DNA from: the human T2T-CHM13v2.0 reference genome, Homo sapiens
NCBI RefSeq assembly: GCF_009914755.1
Contig: NC_060938.1
Direction: 5' to 3' (one strand)
Length of the DNA: 64,000 nt
Below the pieces are notes generated by a model. It was not told the origin of the DNA and ran no database searches. It was given only the letters and a program-made list of their open reading frames with translations. Position 1 is the first letter of the stretch. Each line of letters opens with the position of its first letter. Below are positions 1 to 13,198 of this stretch, piece after piece. The translations under genes and the position numbers were made by a program.

Positions 1-894
1 ATTTGTTGAATTTATTTACATTCTATCTCTTTCCAAAAGTACTAGAAGCAGGGCAAGTGTATTTTAAACTGCAATTTACAGGCAAAATCCTAAGGCAAAT
101 CTGTCCTTTCATTTATTTGTCTTGCTTTAGCTAGACAGCAAGTATAATAACCTAACACTGACCCTGGTATTTTTAGCTGCAGTTCCAGGAGTTTTGTTCC
201 ACAGTAACACCCAAGAAATAAACATTTTACCTACTGCATGGATAGACTTTTTAATCAATAATAATAGTCATATTGACTTAATAATGAATTAGATCTGAAT
301 CCCCAGTGTATTCAATATCAAGCCATTTGACTTTTCCTGTTGATTGTTTTATTATAAGCAAAAAGATAATCAACCACAGATTTTTTTTCATATCAGAGTA
401 TTTTCCTTGAGATGTTTCTCACAACCAATTCTTTTCGCCATTAATTTCTAAAGAAATGTAAATTTTAATTTTAATAATAGCTGAGGATGGGATAATAAAA
501 ATAATTCTTTACCATAGATAGAATGTATTCTCACAATGTGAAGTAACATTTAAAATCTGTGCCACGGCTTTCCTCTTTGGCCGATTTGTAAGGTTTTAGT
601 CACATGCCAAAGGACTCATGGTTAGTTGACGTTAGGGCTGAGCCTCAAGCTGAGTGCCTTGTTCCTGATCTAACTCTCTCCCCTGGCACAGGATGTCCTA
701 GTGCTGTTGCTGTCACTGCATTGATTCTTGTGTTATATAATATCCCTGACTTTTTTGATCATATTCTCTACCAAATACAGCCAGAATGTAAAAGTTTTAA
801 TATAGAATATGCTCAAGGGAAACCATTTTTGTGTATAATAACTTTTACCCAAATTTTTTTTTAGTGACCTGTTTTATCTGGGGGTTGTTTATAA

Positions 895-1256
<362 letters not shown>

Positions 1257-1849
1257 TGATAAATATGCAAGAATGCAGGATATAGAATTTTTATGAGCCC
1301 TTACTGAAGAAATTACCAGAAGACAAATTTCAGCCAAAAAAAAGAGGTGAATGCAAAACTATCATCTAAACATTGAATTACACTCTATCTGAAGGACTAA
1401 AACAAATGAGAAAATGATTGCCACAGAATAGAATGTAAATATTATTATTCTGACAATGTAGAAATAATAGAATTTATAAAAGGTGGGCAAGGAAGGAAAG
1501 AATGGAGAGAGGTTCTGTAAGCATGCTAATATCCTCAGATTTTATAGCTGGGAGACAAAAATTATCACTTAAAACAGGAAGATATAAATATATTTAAAGG
1601 TTTAAAAAGCAAACAGCAATAAACAGTTTAAAAATAATTGAAAGTGTACACAGAAGGATGACAGAAAATGAAAATAGTCTTATTGTTCTTATTAGAGAGT
1701 TAATGGGTGCAAACATTTTTATAGTTTTATGCACAAAAGTAGCTGTAAGAATAGAAATATGCCCCTTCTCAGTGATCATATAAAATACAGGTAAGGCAAA
1801 GAAAGCACAGATCTTAATGCAGACGATTTTTTTAAAGACAACAGAAGCT

Positions 1850-4800
1850 CAGAAATTGAAAAAATTTTTTAAAATACTATTTGCAATAGCATAAAAAATG
1901 TAAAACACAGTTGATGCTCATTATTCACAGATTCCATATTTACACATTTACCTACTGACTAAAATTTACTTGTAACTCCCAAATTAATACTCAGGGTCCT
2001 TTTGCAGTTATTTGTAGATGTATGCACGGTGGCAAGAAATGTGAGTGGCCTGCCCAGGGCACACATTCCCAGGTGAGGTCCAACTAGGCGAAGCTCTGCC
2101 TTCTTGCTTCAGTTCTCATACTGTCAACAAGTGTTCTTTGCATGGTATATTTAGTGCTAAGTTTTTCTCACTTTTTCTTGGTGATTTCACTGTTTGAAAT
2201 GTTCCCCCAACCATGGTGTTGAAGTGTTCCCCAGTATTCCTAGGTGCAAGAACACTGATGTACCGTACAGAGAAACTACATGTTAGATTATCATTGTTCA
2301 GTTAATGTGCTCTTGACTGCGAGTTCAGTGTTAATGAATTAACAATGCAGTACACCAGAAAAAGGAGGAGGAGATTTCCCAATACATAGATGAGGCCACA
2401 CTAGAAAGTGCTACAGTAATATGCACAGTGTATTAGGAAGCTGTGGGAAAGATGGTAAAGTGGCTAAATGATGGGAAAGTGGCGAAATGTATGAATTCAT
2501 GAGATGAGAGCCAATTTAAAAAAGCATAGTGGACACCATTGTTCTGAAACTGAAAGCCAAAGAAATTTATGGTCACATTACCCAGGGGCAGGAAAATGGT
2601 AAACCCAGTTCTTGGTTAGTGTTTCGTTATAAAGATTATTATGTGATTATTTGTAAGAAATATATATTAAGTGAGGTATTTTTAAACAGAAACACAGAAA
2701 ACAATTATTTGATCATTTGACAAAAATGTTGCAACAAGAGGCTCCTAGGAACTGAATCCTGTATTTTCCTTAGGAGCAGTGGCTCAGTATTCGGTAAATC
2801 AATATTTATGACAACTTGATAGAATATAACTGTGAATGATGAGAATTGACTGCACTTAGGGATAAATCTAAGAAAAGATGTGGAAGACCTTTATGCAGAA
2901 ACTTATAAAAACATTGCTGAGAGAAATTGAGGACCTAAATATGTGGAGAGAGACACCATGTTCATGGATCAGAAAACTCAACAGTGATGTGAATTCTACC
3001 AAAATCTGTAAATTCAGTACAATACCAATCAAAATCCCAGCAGACTTTTTTAAGAGAAATTAATAAACTGATTCTAAATTTCATTTGAAAATGTGAAAAA
3101 CCTAAAATTGCCAAAACTGCTTTGAAACATAAGAACAGAATTGGAGTACTCCCAGTGACTTCAAGACTTTATTTTAAAGCTACAGTAATTAAGACAGTGT
3201 GGTATTGGTGTAAAGATAGATAAATAGATCATCACAGTGGAGCCCAGAAATAGACCCATATATATATGGACATGGTTTTTGACAAAGATGCAAAGGCAAT
3301 TCTGTTGAAAAAGGATAGTCTTTTAAACAGACGGTGCTGTTTCATTTATACATGCAGAAATATGAATTTGATTTATACTTTTCAGCGTGTACAAAAAGTA
3401 GTTCATCATGGATCATAAAACTAAATATAAAACTTCTAAGAGAAAACATAGAAGAAAAATCTTTGCAATTTTGAGTTAGGAAGAATTTCTTAGATATAAA
3501 ACCAAAAATGTGATTTATAAAAGAACAAATTGATAAATAGACATCAAAGTTAAGAACTTACGCCTTTGGAATAAACTGTTCAGAGAATGCAAAGACAAGG
3601 TACACAGACGGGTAGAAAATACTTGCAAATCATTTGTCTGATAAAGAATTTGTATTCAGAATGTATAAACTCTCAAAACAACAGTAAGAAAATTCAATTT
3701 TTGAAAATGGGCAACAGAATTGAACAGAGACTTCCCCAGAGAAGATATATAGATGTCATATTTACATATGAAAATATTATCAGCCTCATTAATCATTAGG
3801 GAAATACAGATTAAAACCACAATGAGATATCACTACACACTCATATGTATGGCTACCATTAAAAGACTGACAATTCCAAAAGTTGGCAGGATTGGATCTA
3901 ACCCAAAGTTCATCAACAGATAAGTGAATGAACAAATTGTGGTATATCATTAAAACTGAATACTCTGCAATAAAAAAGCAGTGAACTGTTGATACATGCA
4001 TATGCTGAAAACAAACTATACCTTTTTATAAGCACTTGACTGTTCAAACATTTGGGTAATATTTCTAAACATAAAGCCAAAATCATAGAAATACTAAAGA
4101 AAAATGGAGAATTCTTCACTTAATCTAGGAGTGAGGAAAGCTTTTCTAACTATAAAGTAAAATCCAAAAATCATAAAGCAAATATTGATTTGTTTGACTC
4201 TAGAAACTTTTTAAAAAATCTGCATGGCAAAAAAACCCACAACACTTTAAAGTCAAAACACAAATGAGTGGGAAGATTTGCAACTCATATCACAGACAAT
4301 GGAAATCTTTTTTAATATATAAAGAGTGCCTGTGTCAATAAGAGACAAGCAACCCAAAAAATATTGAGCAAAGGGTATAAGCTGTTCATAGTAAATAAAA
4401 AAAGAGATAACTCTTAAGCATTCTTAAAAGCCTTATTCATAGAAATGCTAATTAAAAGCACTATGAGATTACTCTTTTCACATATCAGAAGGTAAAGATA
4501 TCTGCCATTTTATGCTTTACTCCCTATAGTGGGGAGAGTGGGGAAAACATACTCTCATATACTTCTGGTGAGAATGCAAATTGGTGTAACTTCTGTGAAA
4601 AGTAGTTTGACAATAACTATCAATATCAGAAGTGGACATACCATGTACCATTTGATTGAACAATTTTGTTTCTAGGAATTTGTCCTATAGATATATTTCC
4701 CTGTATGCAAAACGAATATCTGCATATTTGTTGCAGTACTGCTTGTAAAATAAAATTTAAATAATTTAATGCCTGCTAAAAAAGATGCATTAAATAAACC

Positions 4801-5085
4801 ATGCTGCATCTATACATTAAAAAGAATGAGACAACACTGTAACTACATTATATAGACAATTCTATAAGTTATTGTGTTAAAGAAGCAGGGAACAGAACAT
4901 TGTATGCAGTATGCTATCATTTCTGATGTGTATACTGTGCTGGTATAGGCATAGACTTTTCTCTGGAAGGATATATAAGAAACTAGTAGTAGTGGCTTTC
5001 TTAGTGATAGAAGATTGGAATTGGAAGGGAGATACCATTCACTGGTAACATTTAGTAACTTGTGTACATATTACCTTATTTAAAA
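1850..5085 (+). mobile_element. Old L1 (L1M class) ORF2 3' fragments, at least two overlapping pieces, interrupted by the Tigger element
   Basis: Degenerate ORF2 peptides (WRETPCSWIRKLN, IPIKIPADFF). The ORF2 C-terminal region appears twice (~3420-3900 and ~4080-4800). Confidence 0.8.
1908..2852 (+). mobile_element. Tigger-family (MER82-related) DNA transposon with TIRs and a transposase N-terminal remnant
   Basis: TIRs CAGTTGATGCTCATTATTCACAG (1908) and CTGTGAATGATGAGAATTGACTG (ends 2852). Internal LKAKEIY...SSWLVFRYK resembles a CENP-B/Tc5 HTH. Strand given is the transposase sense. Confidence 0.85.
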
Positions 5086-7092
5086 TATCTTTTGCTCTAC
5101 AAATCAGTCAAGAACCCGAGGGACCCCATAAAATTAAGTGTTATAGAGATTATGAATGTTATAGTAATCAAAATAATTGGCTAATAGTAATTATGTGTTG
5201 TGTACTGTCCTTTGGGTACTTTGCAGACATCATCTGAGTTTTTGCAGCGAAACCCTTCAAGGTAGTTGTACTTTTCAGATTAAGAAATAGATTCAGGGTA
5301 TGGCCTAAGAATACACAGCTAATAAAGAGCCTTTTAAGAAGTTCAGTTTAATGATGCTTGAGGAGTAACATCCAGATATATCCAGGCTTTGAAGAAAAAC
5401 ATTTGTGAATGGCATTGCGTGGCAGCAGGTACTTCCAAGGAAAGACATTCATTATTTTACTCAAAATTTTGTATATTAAGATTGTAATCTGCATGTTTCC
5501 AGCAGGCTCAACCTCTTGAAAATACCAACTGCCAAAATATATTTTGCTTTTTGAGAATAAATATTTTCATGGTTCTGTATAACTAGAATGTGGCCTTATT
5601 GATCTGGTTTTATTCCATAAAGAAAATGAGATTCTTCAGCAGATGGACAAATTTTAAATTTAGGCCAAGTCTTAAAAAAATTCAAGTAAAATGAGGGAAA
5701 AATTGGAATCTTCCCGTTTTTGTTTACATCTTTTAAATGGGGACTTTTGCTTCTATCACTATAACTAATCAATAGGATGTTGTATTTTGTTTTCTTTGGA
5801 GCTTATCCTTGTAAGTTTCAATCTTTATATTCCTCAGTTACTCAAGGGATCATTTTGACAGCTGATAAACTGGCTTACATATTAAAACAATTACATGGTA
5901 AGTCATTGGGTATCTTAGTATAAAATCGATTTATGTCAGATTCAATTTATAGCATTTGGAAGTTTGCCTGCTCATGCCAACAAACTAGGACTTGCATTTA
6001 CTACTGACTCACTATAACACACAATATATTGTGGATGCCTATGTACTTTTTCTCCAGTGCTCTTTAGAAACAAGTTATGTACCTTGTTTTAACTAGTAAG
6101 TGCATTTTTGAAAGAGCAATAGGCAAATCGAATTATTCAACAAGGAATTTTGCTTTTTCAACTTAGTCATTCGCAGGATGCTTTATTTTTACTTATGATT
6201 CATTTTTGTTAGGTTTACTTGTTCAAAGTTTTGCTTCCCATGGCAAGTAGCTCATATATATGTCAATACTTAAATATTTAGAGAAGTAAATGTAGGATGT
6301 CACAGCAGGTGATTCATATGCATCCTTTAAAGCATTATCTGTTGACTAGATAGATATCTCCTTACAAAATTTACCAACTCCTCTTCTTACAGGAGACTAC
6401 GGTTAGATTTTCTCTCTCTCTTAGTCTTAATATGTACAGTAAGAAATCCTATCATTATTTTAATTTTTACTATAGCACTTGGCATTTCACAAGAATGTTG
6501 CACCTTCATTTCTTCCCCTGCGGCATTTTGCTCACATCTGGAAACATAAAATGTTCAAAAGCAAATGCAATGCTGTTTTAAAGAATGGGGTTGTTCAGGG
6601 TCACTTTCTCCATCTCTTATCAGGTGAGTGTGGCCCTCCCTACCTTTCTCTAGGTAACCATGGGTGGTCCTTACTGCAGGATCAGTCCCTGAAGTGACCA
6701 GCAGTTACGATGCCTGCTGTGTGTGTGTGTTGAGATGGGTGTGATTTCAGAGCATTGCCTCACACTGTGGTATGTGACGCTTTCAGATCTGCACCCCTGC
6801 TGCATCGTCTCGTGCTTTGTAGGGAGCTGCTACACGGAGTCATTGTTGGGAGGTGCCATCAGAGTCTGCATTAAAGTGTGTGCTTTCAAAACTGAGACGA
6901 AAAGGCAGAAGAACTTTGAAAGTCCTGATTGGTTTTCATTTATGGTAACTAATGTACAGTGTGTGATTGGTAATGTGAACATGTTTATATAGATATGTGA
7001 CTGAGTCACAGCATTCTTATGTGGGAAAGCTACACTTTGCCCCTATTTTCCAAAAGATGTGGGACAAATAAAGCAATAAAAAGAATTGATTG

Positions 7093-7424
<332 letters not shown>

Positions 7425-10268
7425 CTAAAACACAATGAAAAAATCCATACAAACTTCAATATGAACCTTTCACTTATTTAGCAATTTGTCATAAACTGGG
7501 TAGATATAGTAGTTGAAACTCAATTCTTAGACAGCAGTGACCTTTCTGGGGACAAGGCCAGCACTTGTACAGGTGACAAAACTGAGGCCAGAGTACTTAC
7601 GTAACTTGCCCAGAGTCCTACAGCCAGCCCGTGTTGGATTGGAGATTCAGCCCAATCTGTACTATTAGCGAAACAGTACACTGCTGGAATTGAAGGCTGG
7701 TTTAAAAAGACTGGAGTTCTTACCCTCAAGGAGCTTTTCATCTAATTGGAAATGGTAGGATTCCTGGGACCAGGTGTCCACAAAGCATGTGAATGTCACC
7801 TGCCCAACTCTCTGGCTGCAGCCTTTGGTGTTCATGTTTTCCCAACTATATTCAAGTCAGATCATCTTCTGAAACTGGTACCACCAACCAGATCTAGCTT
7901 CTTTGTACTTGAGCGTGACCCCAAATTAGAAACAGACTCTCCTCACATATTCTTACTTTCTCTGGTGTCTGTGCTTGCTGATAGATTGAGCGTGCCTGCC
8001 CCAGCCCTGTCCAGCACTCTTGCGTGCCATAGATTCTGTACCAGGGTTTATCGAATAGCTCAGTAAACCAATCCAGGATGGGCTCAGGAGTGGCCCAGGG
8101 CCGAGTTCAACGCTATTGCCTCTAACAAATAGGCCTATGATTTTGATTTACTAGAAAATGCTGTTGATTCTGATGAAATCCAAGTTAGCACTTTGTGACT
8201 TTCTTATCGTGGCCATGGTTCCGGCGCTTGTTTGAAATATGGTTCCTTGAAAAGGTAGAATATTTTAAAGAGTGTGTTTCATGCAACGTAAATTGTGAAT
8301 TCCTTTAGCCACCTCCTCTCTTTAGAAATAGTACTCACACATATTTTAAACATAAATTGACAAAGATGGCAGAGACCTCATCTTCCCTGTAGCAAATTGA
8401 ACCAGACTGATTGAGGATTTATTGCCTAATTATACTTGTCAGCCTGACATAATAGTCATTAGTTCTAGAAAAATATGTTTGTCATACCAGGATTATCTCT
8501 AATTAATACAGTCAATATCTAGCATATACTTAAAGCCAAACAGAATAGTGGGGTCCAAAAAAATGTTATGGACTGCAGGGAACTGCTCTAAATACAGGTT
8601 CATATTTGAAGGGAGAAAGTGCCATGTTTTATATACATCATTTTCTCTTCTTTAAATCCAGTGAAATCAGTGCTACTGACATTGACTCCCTTTATTGATG
8701 AATTATAAAGGTAGTAGTTGAAAGATCAGAGAGGTTATGGTTGGTGAGTAGCTGAACTCAGATTCAAACCTGGTCCAGTGTGTTGTTTTTTTCAGCATCA
8801 GAGTCCACTAGCCAAGTTGATCTCTGCAGTATCTACATGTGGTTATTCCATTTTTCTAAAGTACATGTAAAGTTTGAGCTCAGCAGAATAAAACCAGGTA
8901 GTCATATTGAGAAAGCCAGTTTGATATAAATGTTTCTTCTGCCCGATGTTTAAGCATTTGCTGGATTATCAGTGGCTACTGCAGTGAGGTGATGCAATTT
9001 TAGATGCAGTTAGTATCATGCCTCACGGGATAATTAGTACCTGCCCATATACGTTTGATACCCTCTAGTCCTCACCCTGCTCTGCCCCGACATCACAGTG
9101 TGCACAGTGCTCGAGATGGTAAAATCATTCAGCAGTTATTTCCAGGCTGCCGCACGCTCGCTGTAAACTCATTCATTTGCTCATAAATGTGCAGCTTTCT
9201 GCCATAAACATAAATATCAGAAGTTGTTTCTGAACAACAAAGGTTCAACTCATTGGCCCCACTCAGACCTACCCCCAAACAGTTTTATTATTATGTTTTC
9301 CCATACCGATTAAAATGTTTCTACAGCAATACACCTTGACATAGAAAGTTTGTATTTCATAACCAGAGCCACTGTGAGAGGTCAGTATAGTTATTTTTCC
9401 AATTTCGTTTGGCCCTTTCTGTGGTAGTCATTTTGTATAGTTGTTTATTTAGATTTTATAGTGGACTGAAATATTAAATTACCAATTAGATTTAACAGTT
9501 AAAGTGGCTGAAAATAAACTTGCCTAAAACACACATCATCATCTGCAGGGGAGCCGATACTTAGTCTGCGATGCCATATTAAATACTGCCATGTTGTGGC
9601 CATCATTCAGAAGGCTGTTGAGAACACAAGCGTACATTACGTTTCTTGGTAGAACCTAGAAGACAAACAGGTCACTAGCTGTCCCAATAGAGCGTTCAGG
9701 ACGTTTCCTAGCCCTGCTCCCATCGGGCAGGCTGTTAGAGAACCTCTGACTTCTTCACAGAGAGCAGATCGCGTGAGCCCAGGCAGAGTGAGGAGATGCA
9801 TGCTCATCCCAGAGCACATCCAGCCCCAGGGACTCTTTCTTCCCAGGCATTTTGCGGGGACCTGAAAGGCAAGTGCAGTGGGCAGCCTCAGAGAAGAGCA
9901 CCACGTTCAGATATGTGGTGCAGAGCTCTTCAGAGCAGCTTGGTATCTAGAAAACGTTGCTTCAGCATACAAGCCACACCAGATCTCTGGCCCTCTATTT
10001 TTGAGAGGCAGAAACAACCCTAATTATATCTACACACAAAGAAGACTATGCAGAGTGTGCTCATTTCAAAAACATTCATTTGATTTAGCCAGACTATTGT
10101 GTGGCCCAGGAACAATAACTGCAGTTCTATAATAGTCAACTTCCGGGATGTCTAGACAAGAGGGATATTAAACTCCTGAGTCATTTGGTACTAAGAAAGA
10201 CTTCATAATAGAAAAATTGGTGTCCTTTGAAGAAAAAGAATTTCATTTTATTTGAAATGCAGATGCGA

Positions 10269-10314
10269 GCATGCACATGTATGTGCGTGCATGCATACAC
10301 ACACGCATGCACAC
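10269..10314. repeat. 46-bp alternating purine/pyrimidine tract
   Basis: GCATGCACATGTATGTGCGTGCATGCATACACACACGCATGCACAC. Confidence 0.9.
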
Positions 10315-10330
10315 CGCATTCCCTTAAATG

Positions 10331-10403
10331 AGGCAGACTCTAGTAAGGCATACCTCTTGGTATACAAAGGCAGACCTAGTAAGGCATACCTCTTTGGTAT
10401 ACA
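10331..10403. repeat. Tandem duplication, 2 x ~37 bp
   Basis: AGGCAGACTCTAGTAAGGCATACCTCTTGGTATACAA followed by AGGCAGACCTAGTAAGGCATACCTCTTTGGTATACA. Confidence 0.93.
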
Positions 10404-10912
10404 TCATACATGTAGTTTGCAAAGCAGCCTCATAGTTTCTAACATACATGGTGATTTTCTTCTTCTGCCTTCCTAGTGTCCCCTCTATTCTTGCTCTAAA
10501 TGTATTAAGGACTACAAAAATGTCCATGTGACACACTTGGTGGCCTTTGTCTTCTCTGGCAATACTTTGAATGATTCACAGATACTTTTTGTAGTCTATA
10601 ATCATTTTAAATATTAATACAAAATTTTCTTCACATCTCAGTCTTCTAACCAGAGATTATCACAATAAAAATGCATATTTGCTTTAAACACAAACAACCT
10701 CTTAACATACATTCAGGAGCACATAACACTTCCATTAGAAACATAGACCCTGCTCTGTGTAGAGACACTGCTGCCTGCCATGGTAGACACACCTGTTCCG
10801 TTCTCTTGGGTGTAGGTAAGACGTACACACAGATAACCGTAGTGTCTTGGGTGATGAGTCACATAAGATTTTTTAAAAAGTGCTCTGGTACCAGTAGGCC
10901 TTGTAAGCTGAT

Positions 10913-11390
10913 TGTTTCAGTTGTCTTTTGTTGTGTAGAAAACTACCACAGAATTTAGTGAGTTCACAAAAACCTTCTGTTTTATTCATTATTTTGTGGG
11001 TCAGGAATCTGGGAAGGGCACCACTGAGTAGTCAGTCTCTGGTCCACATCTGGGGCAGCTGGAGCTGGAGGATCCACTCTCACAGAGGCTTCTCCATGCA
11101 CATGTCTGCATCTTGGTGCTCCCAGGCCTCCCTATCCCCATGTGGCATTTCATTCTCCAGGCCCTCTCCCTGTGGCTTTGGCTTCTTGGAGCCTAGTGGC
11201 ATGTACGTAGTCAGGCTTCTTGCCCACAGCTGGGAACCCCCAGAGCGGCAAATGGAAGCTGCAAGCCTTTCCTGACCTAGTATCAGAAGTCCCATGTGTC
11301 ACATCCACGGCATTCTCTTGGTCATTGAGCAAGCTACTGAAGCCAGCCCAGATGCCAGATGATACATGATGATTGCACAAAAGCATCTTC
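10913..11390 (-). mobile_element. MaLR solo LTR (MLT1 group)
   Basis: MLT1-like TGTGTAGAAAACTACCACAGAATTTAGTG, TTTTGTGGGTCAGGAATCTGG and CAGAAGTCCCATGTGTCAC segments. Confidence 0.75.
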
Positions 11391-11734
11391 AGGACAGAAA
11401 GTTAAGGGCTGCAAAAAAGCTGATTATAAAATTCCTTTGAGGAATAAATCAGTTTTGTAGCTACTGGCTGCCCAACAGCTACTTTGTATTTGAGGAGAAA
11501 AAGTGAAATGTTACACATTGTTTTGTATTTGATTTTTGCCTTAATACAGTGAAATCAGCCCGGCTTTGACTCCCTATTGGATTAATTATGAAGGTAATAA
11601 TGCTAACTGTATGTGAACAACAGTGGCAAGAGAGGGCTCAGGGGTGACATGAAGTTTTTAAGTGTGAGTGACTGTTGTGCTATTGACTGAAATAGGAAAC
11701 CCAGAAGGAGAAAATGTTTGAACCAAACCATGTA

Positions 11735-12172
11735 ATGATGCTGTACACTGCAAGTGACAAAATGCCTAACGAAAAGCAGCCTAAAACCCTGATTTTTATT
11801 CCAGAGGTCTGGGGACAGGTAGTTCCACGTTTGATTCAGCATCTCAAAGATGTCAGGGCTCTGAGCCAACTTCTGTGAGAGTCTTTTGACCTTCCTCTCA
11901 CGTTGCAAGGTGGTCTACTTCAGCTCCAAACATCATGTCATATTTTAGTGACAGAGAAGGGAAGGAGTCTCTCTCAGTGTCTCTCATCCCCAGGAGCTCC
12001 ACACCAGATGTCTCCTAAGTCCCACTGGCCGAAAGTGGATACATTTCCATGCGCTAGCCTCAGAGGAGAGTGGGAGAGCTAGCGTGGATGTCGTCAGGCT
12101 TTTTCGCAGGAAGCCAGCTCAGCCAGCAGGGAGAAGGATACATTAGTAAGGCAACCAACAGTGTCTGCCACA
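11735..12172 (-). mobile_element. Old MaLR solo LTR (MLT1J/K/L-like)
   Basis: TGCAAGTGACAAAATGCCTAAC start and GGCAACCAACAGTGTCTGCCACA end. Confidence 0.65.
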
Positions 12173-12994
12173 GTGATAAATCCCATTTTCTCTCTCCATA
12201 CAGTTGATAAAGGCTCACTTAGCAGCCTTATAGAGCTTGAATTAAATGGGCTAAATCATAACTATAATAAATTAATATTTTCTGGATATGTGTTAGTTTC
12301 TCTATTGGCTTTCACTTTGTGGTTGAGAGCTAACACTGCTTCTTAACAAATAAAAGATTTAATTATTTATTTCCCTCATACTTTAAAATTTGGATGAAAA
12401 TTCTTTGGCTGCCATTAAGACATGTTACCCATTGTTTATCCTGCAATACTGCCTTCTGTTATCATTACATTTTATATAAGTGCCTTTACGTGTGTATATG
12501 GGTTTATAAGAGGAAGAAAATTCTCTAGACGTATGAACCATGTTTGTTTTAGAGTCTGGAGACTCACAAAACTCCCTGACATTAGTTTTGAGTTGTAAGT
12601 TGAAGCAGGACAGCCAGTTCTAACTGTTCTCATCCCTGAATGGCAAAGGCTGGCAGAGCTGAGCCTGTGACACAAGCAGCATAGCTGTAAGAAAATACAT
12701 ATCCTCAGCTGAGAAGAAAATACTTGACTCACATCTGGTCTGGGCATCTGGGATTGCAAAGTAAGGCTTAATTTCTTCAGCTGGATAAAGCTGAAATTCT
12801 TTAATCTGTTTATCTGTAATTGCCCAGTTATATTTTAACCTAATAACATTTATACTGTAATAAAGTGGTTTTTATAGACTCAAAACATTTGAGCTGAGAG
12901 TGTCACTACTGGTACCTTTGCTAGTGAGAAGTAGGGAAGGTGAGGGGAAGACCTGAAGAAAGAAACTCTAAATCTCATCTTGTATCTGTAGCAG

Positions 12995-13190
12995 TTCATT
13001 CGTTCATTCATTCATTCATTCATTCGTTTGACATTCATTGAATGCCTGCCACACTGTTGATGCTGGGGTGGAAAAATAAATAAGACTGAACGTGTGTTCG
13101 AGGCACATGCAGTGTTATGAGAACAGAGGTGGCGACCTGCGTTCTCATCACAGCTGCCCAATAGAGAAGTGAATATAGGAAATCATTATT
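12995..13190 (-). mobile_element. L2 3' end with (TTCA)n tail
   Basis: TTCATTCGTTCATTCATTCATTCATTC followed by ATTCATTGAATGCCTGCC. Confidence 0.6.
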
Positions 13191-13198
13191 GTCTACAC

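Noticed and set aside
2878-4119. L1 ORF2-like short ORFs (also 40569-41157)
   Set aside because: Fragmented, frameshifted old L1. Not an active element.
10331-10403. 37-bp direct repeats superficially like CRISPR repeats
   Set aside because: Only two adjacent copies, no spacers, no cas genes, and a mammalian context.
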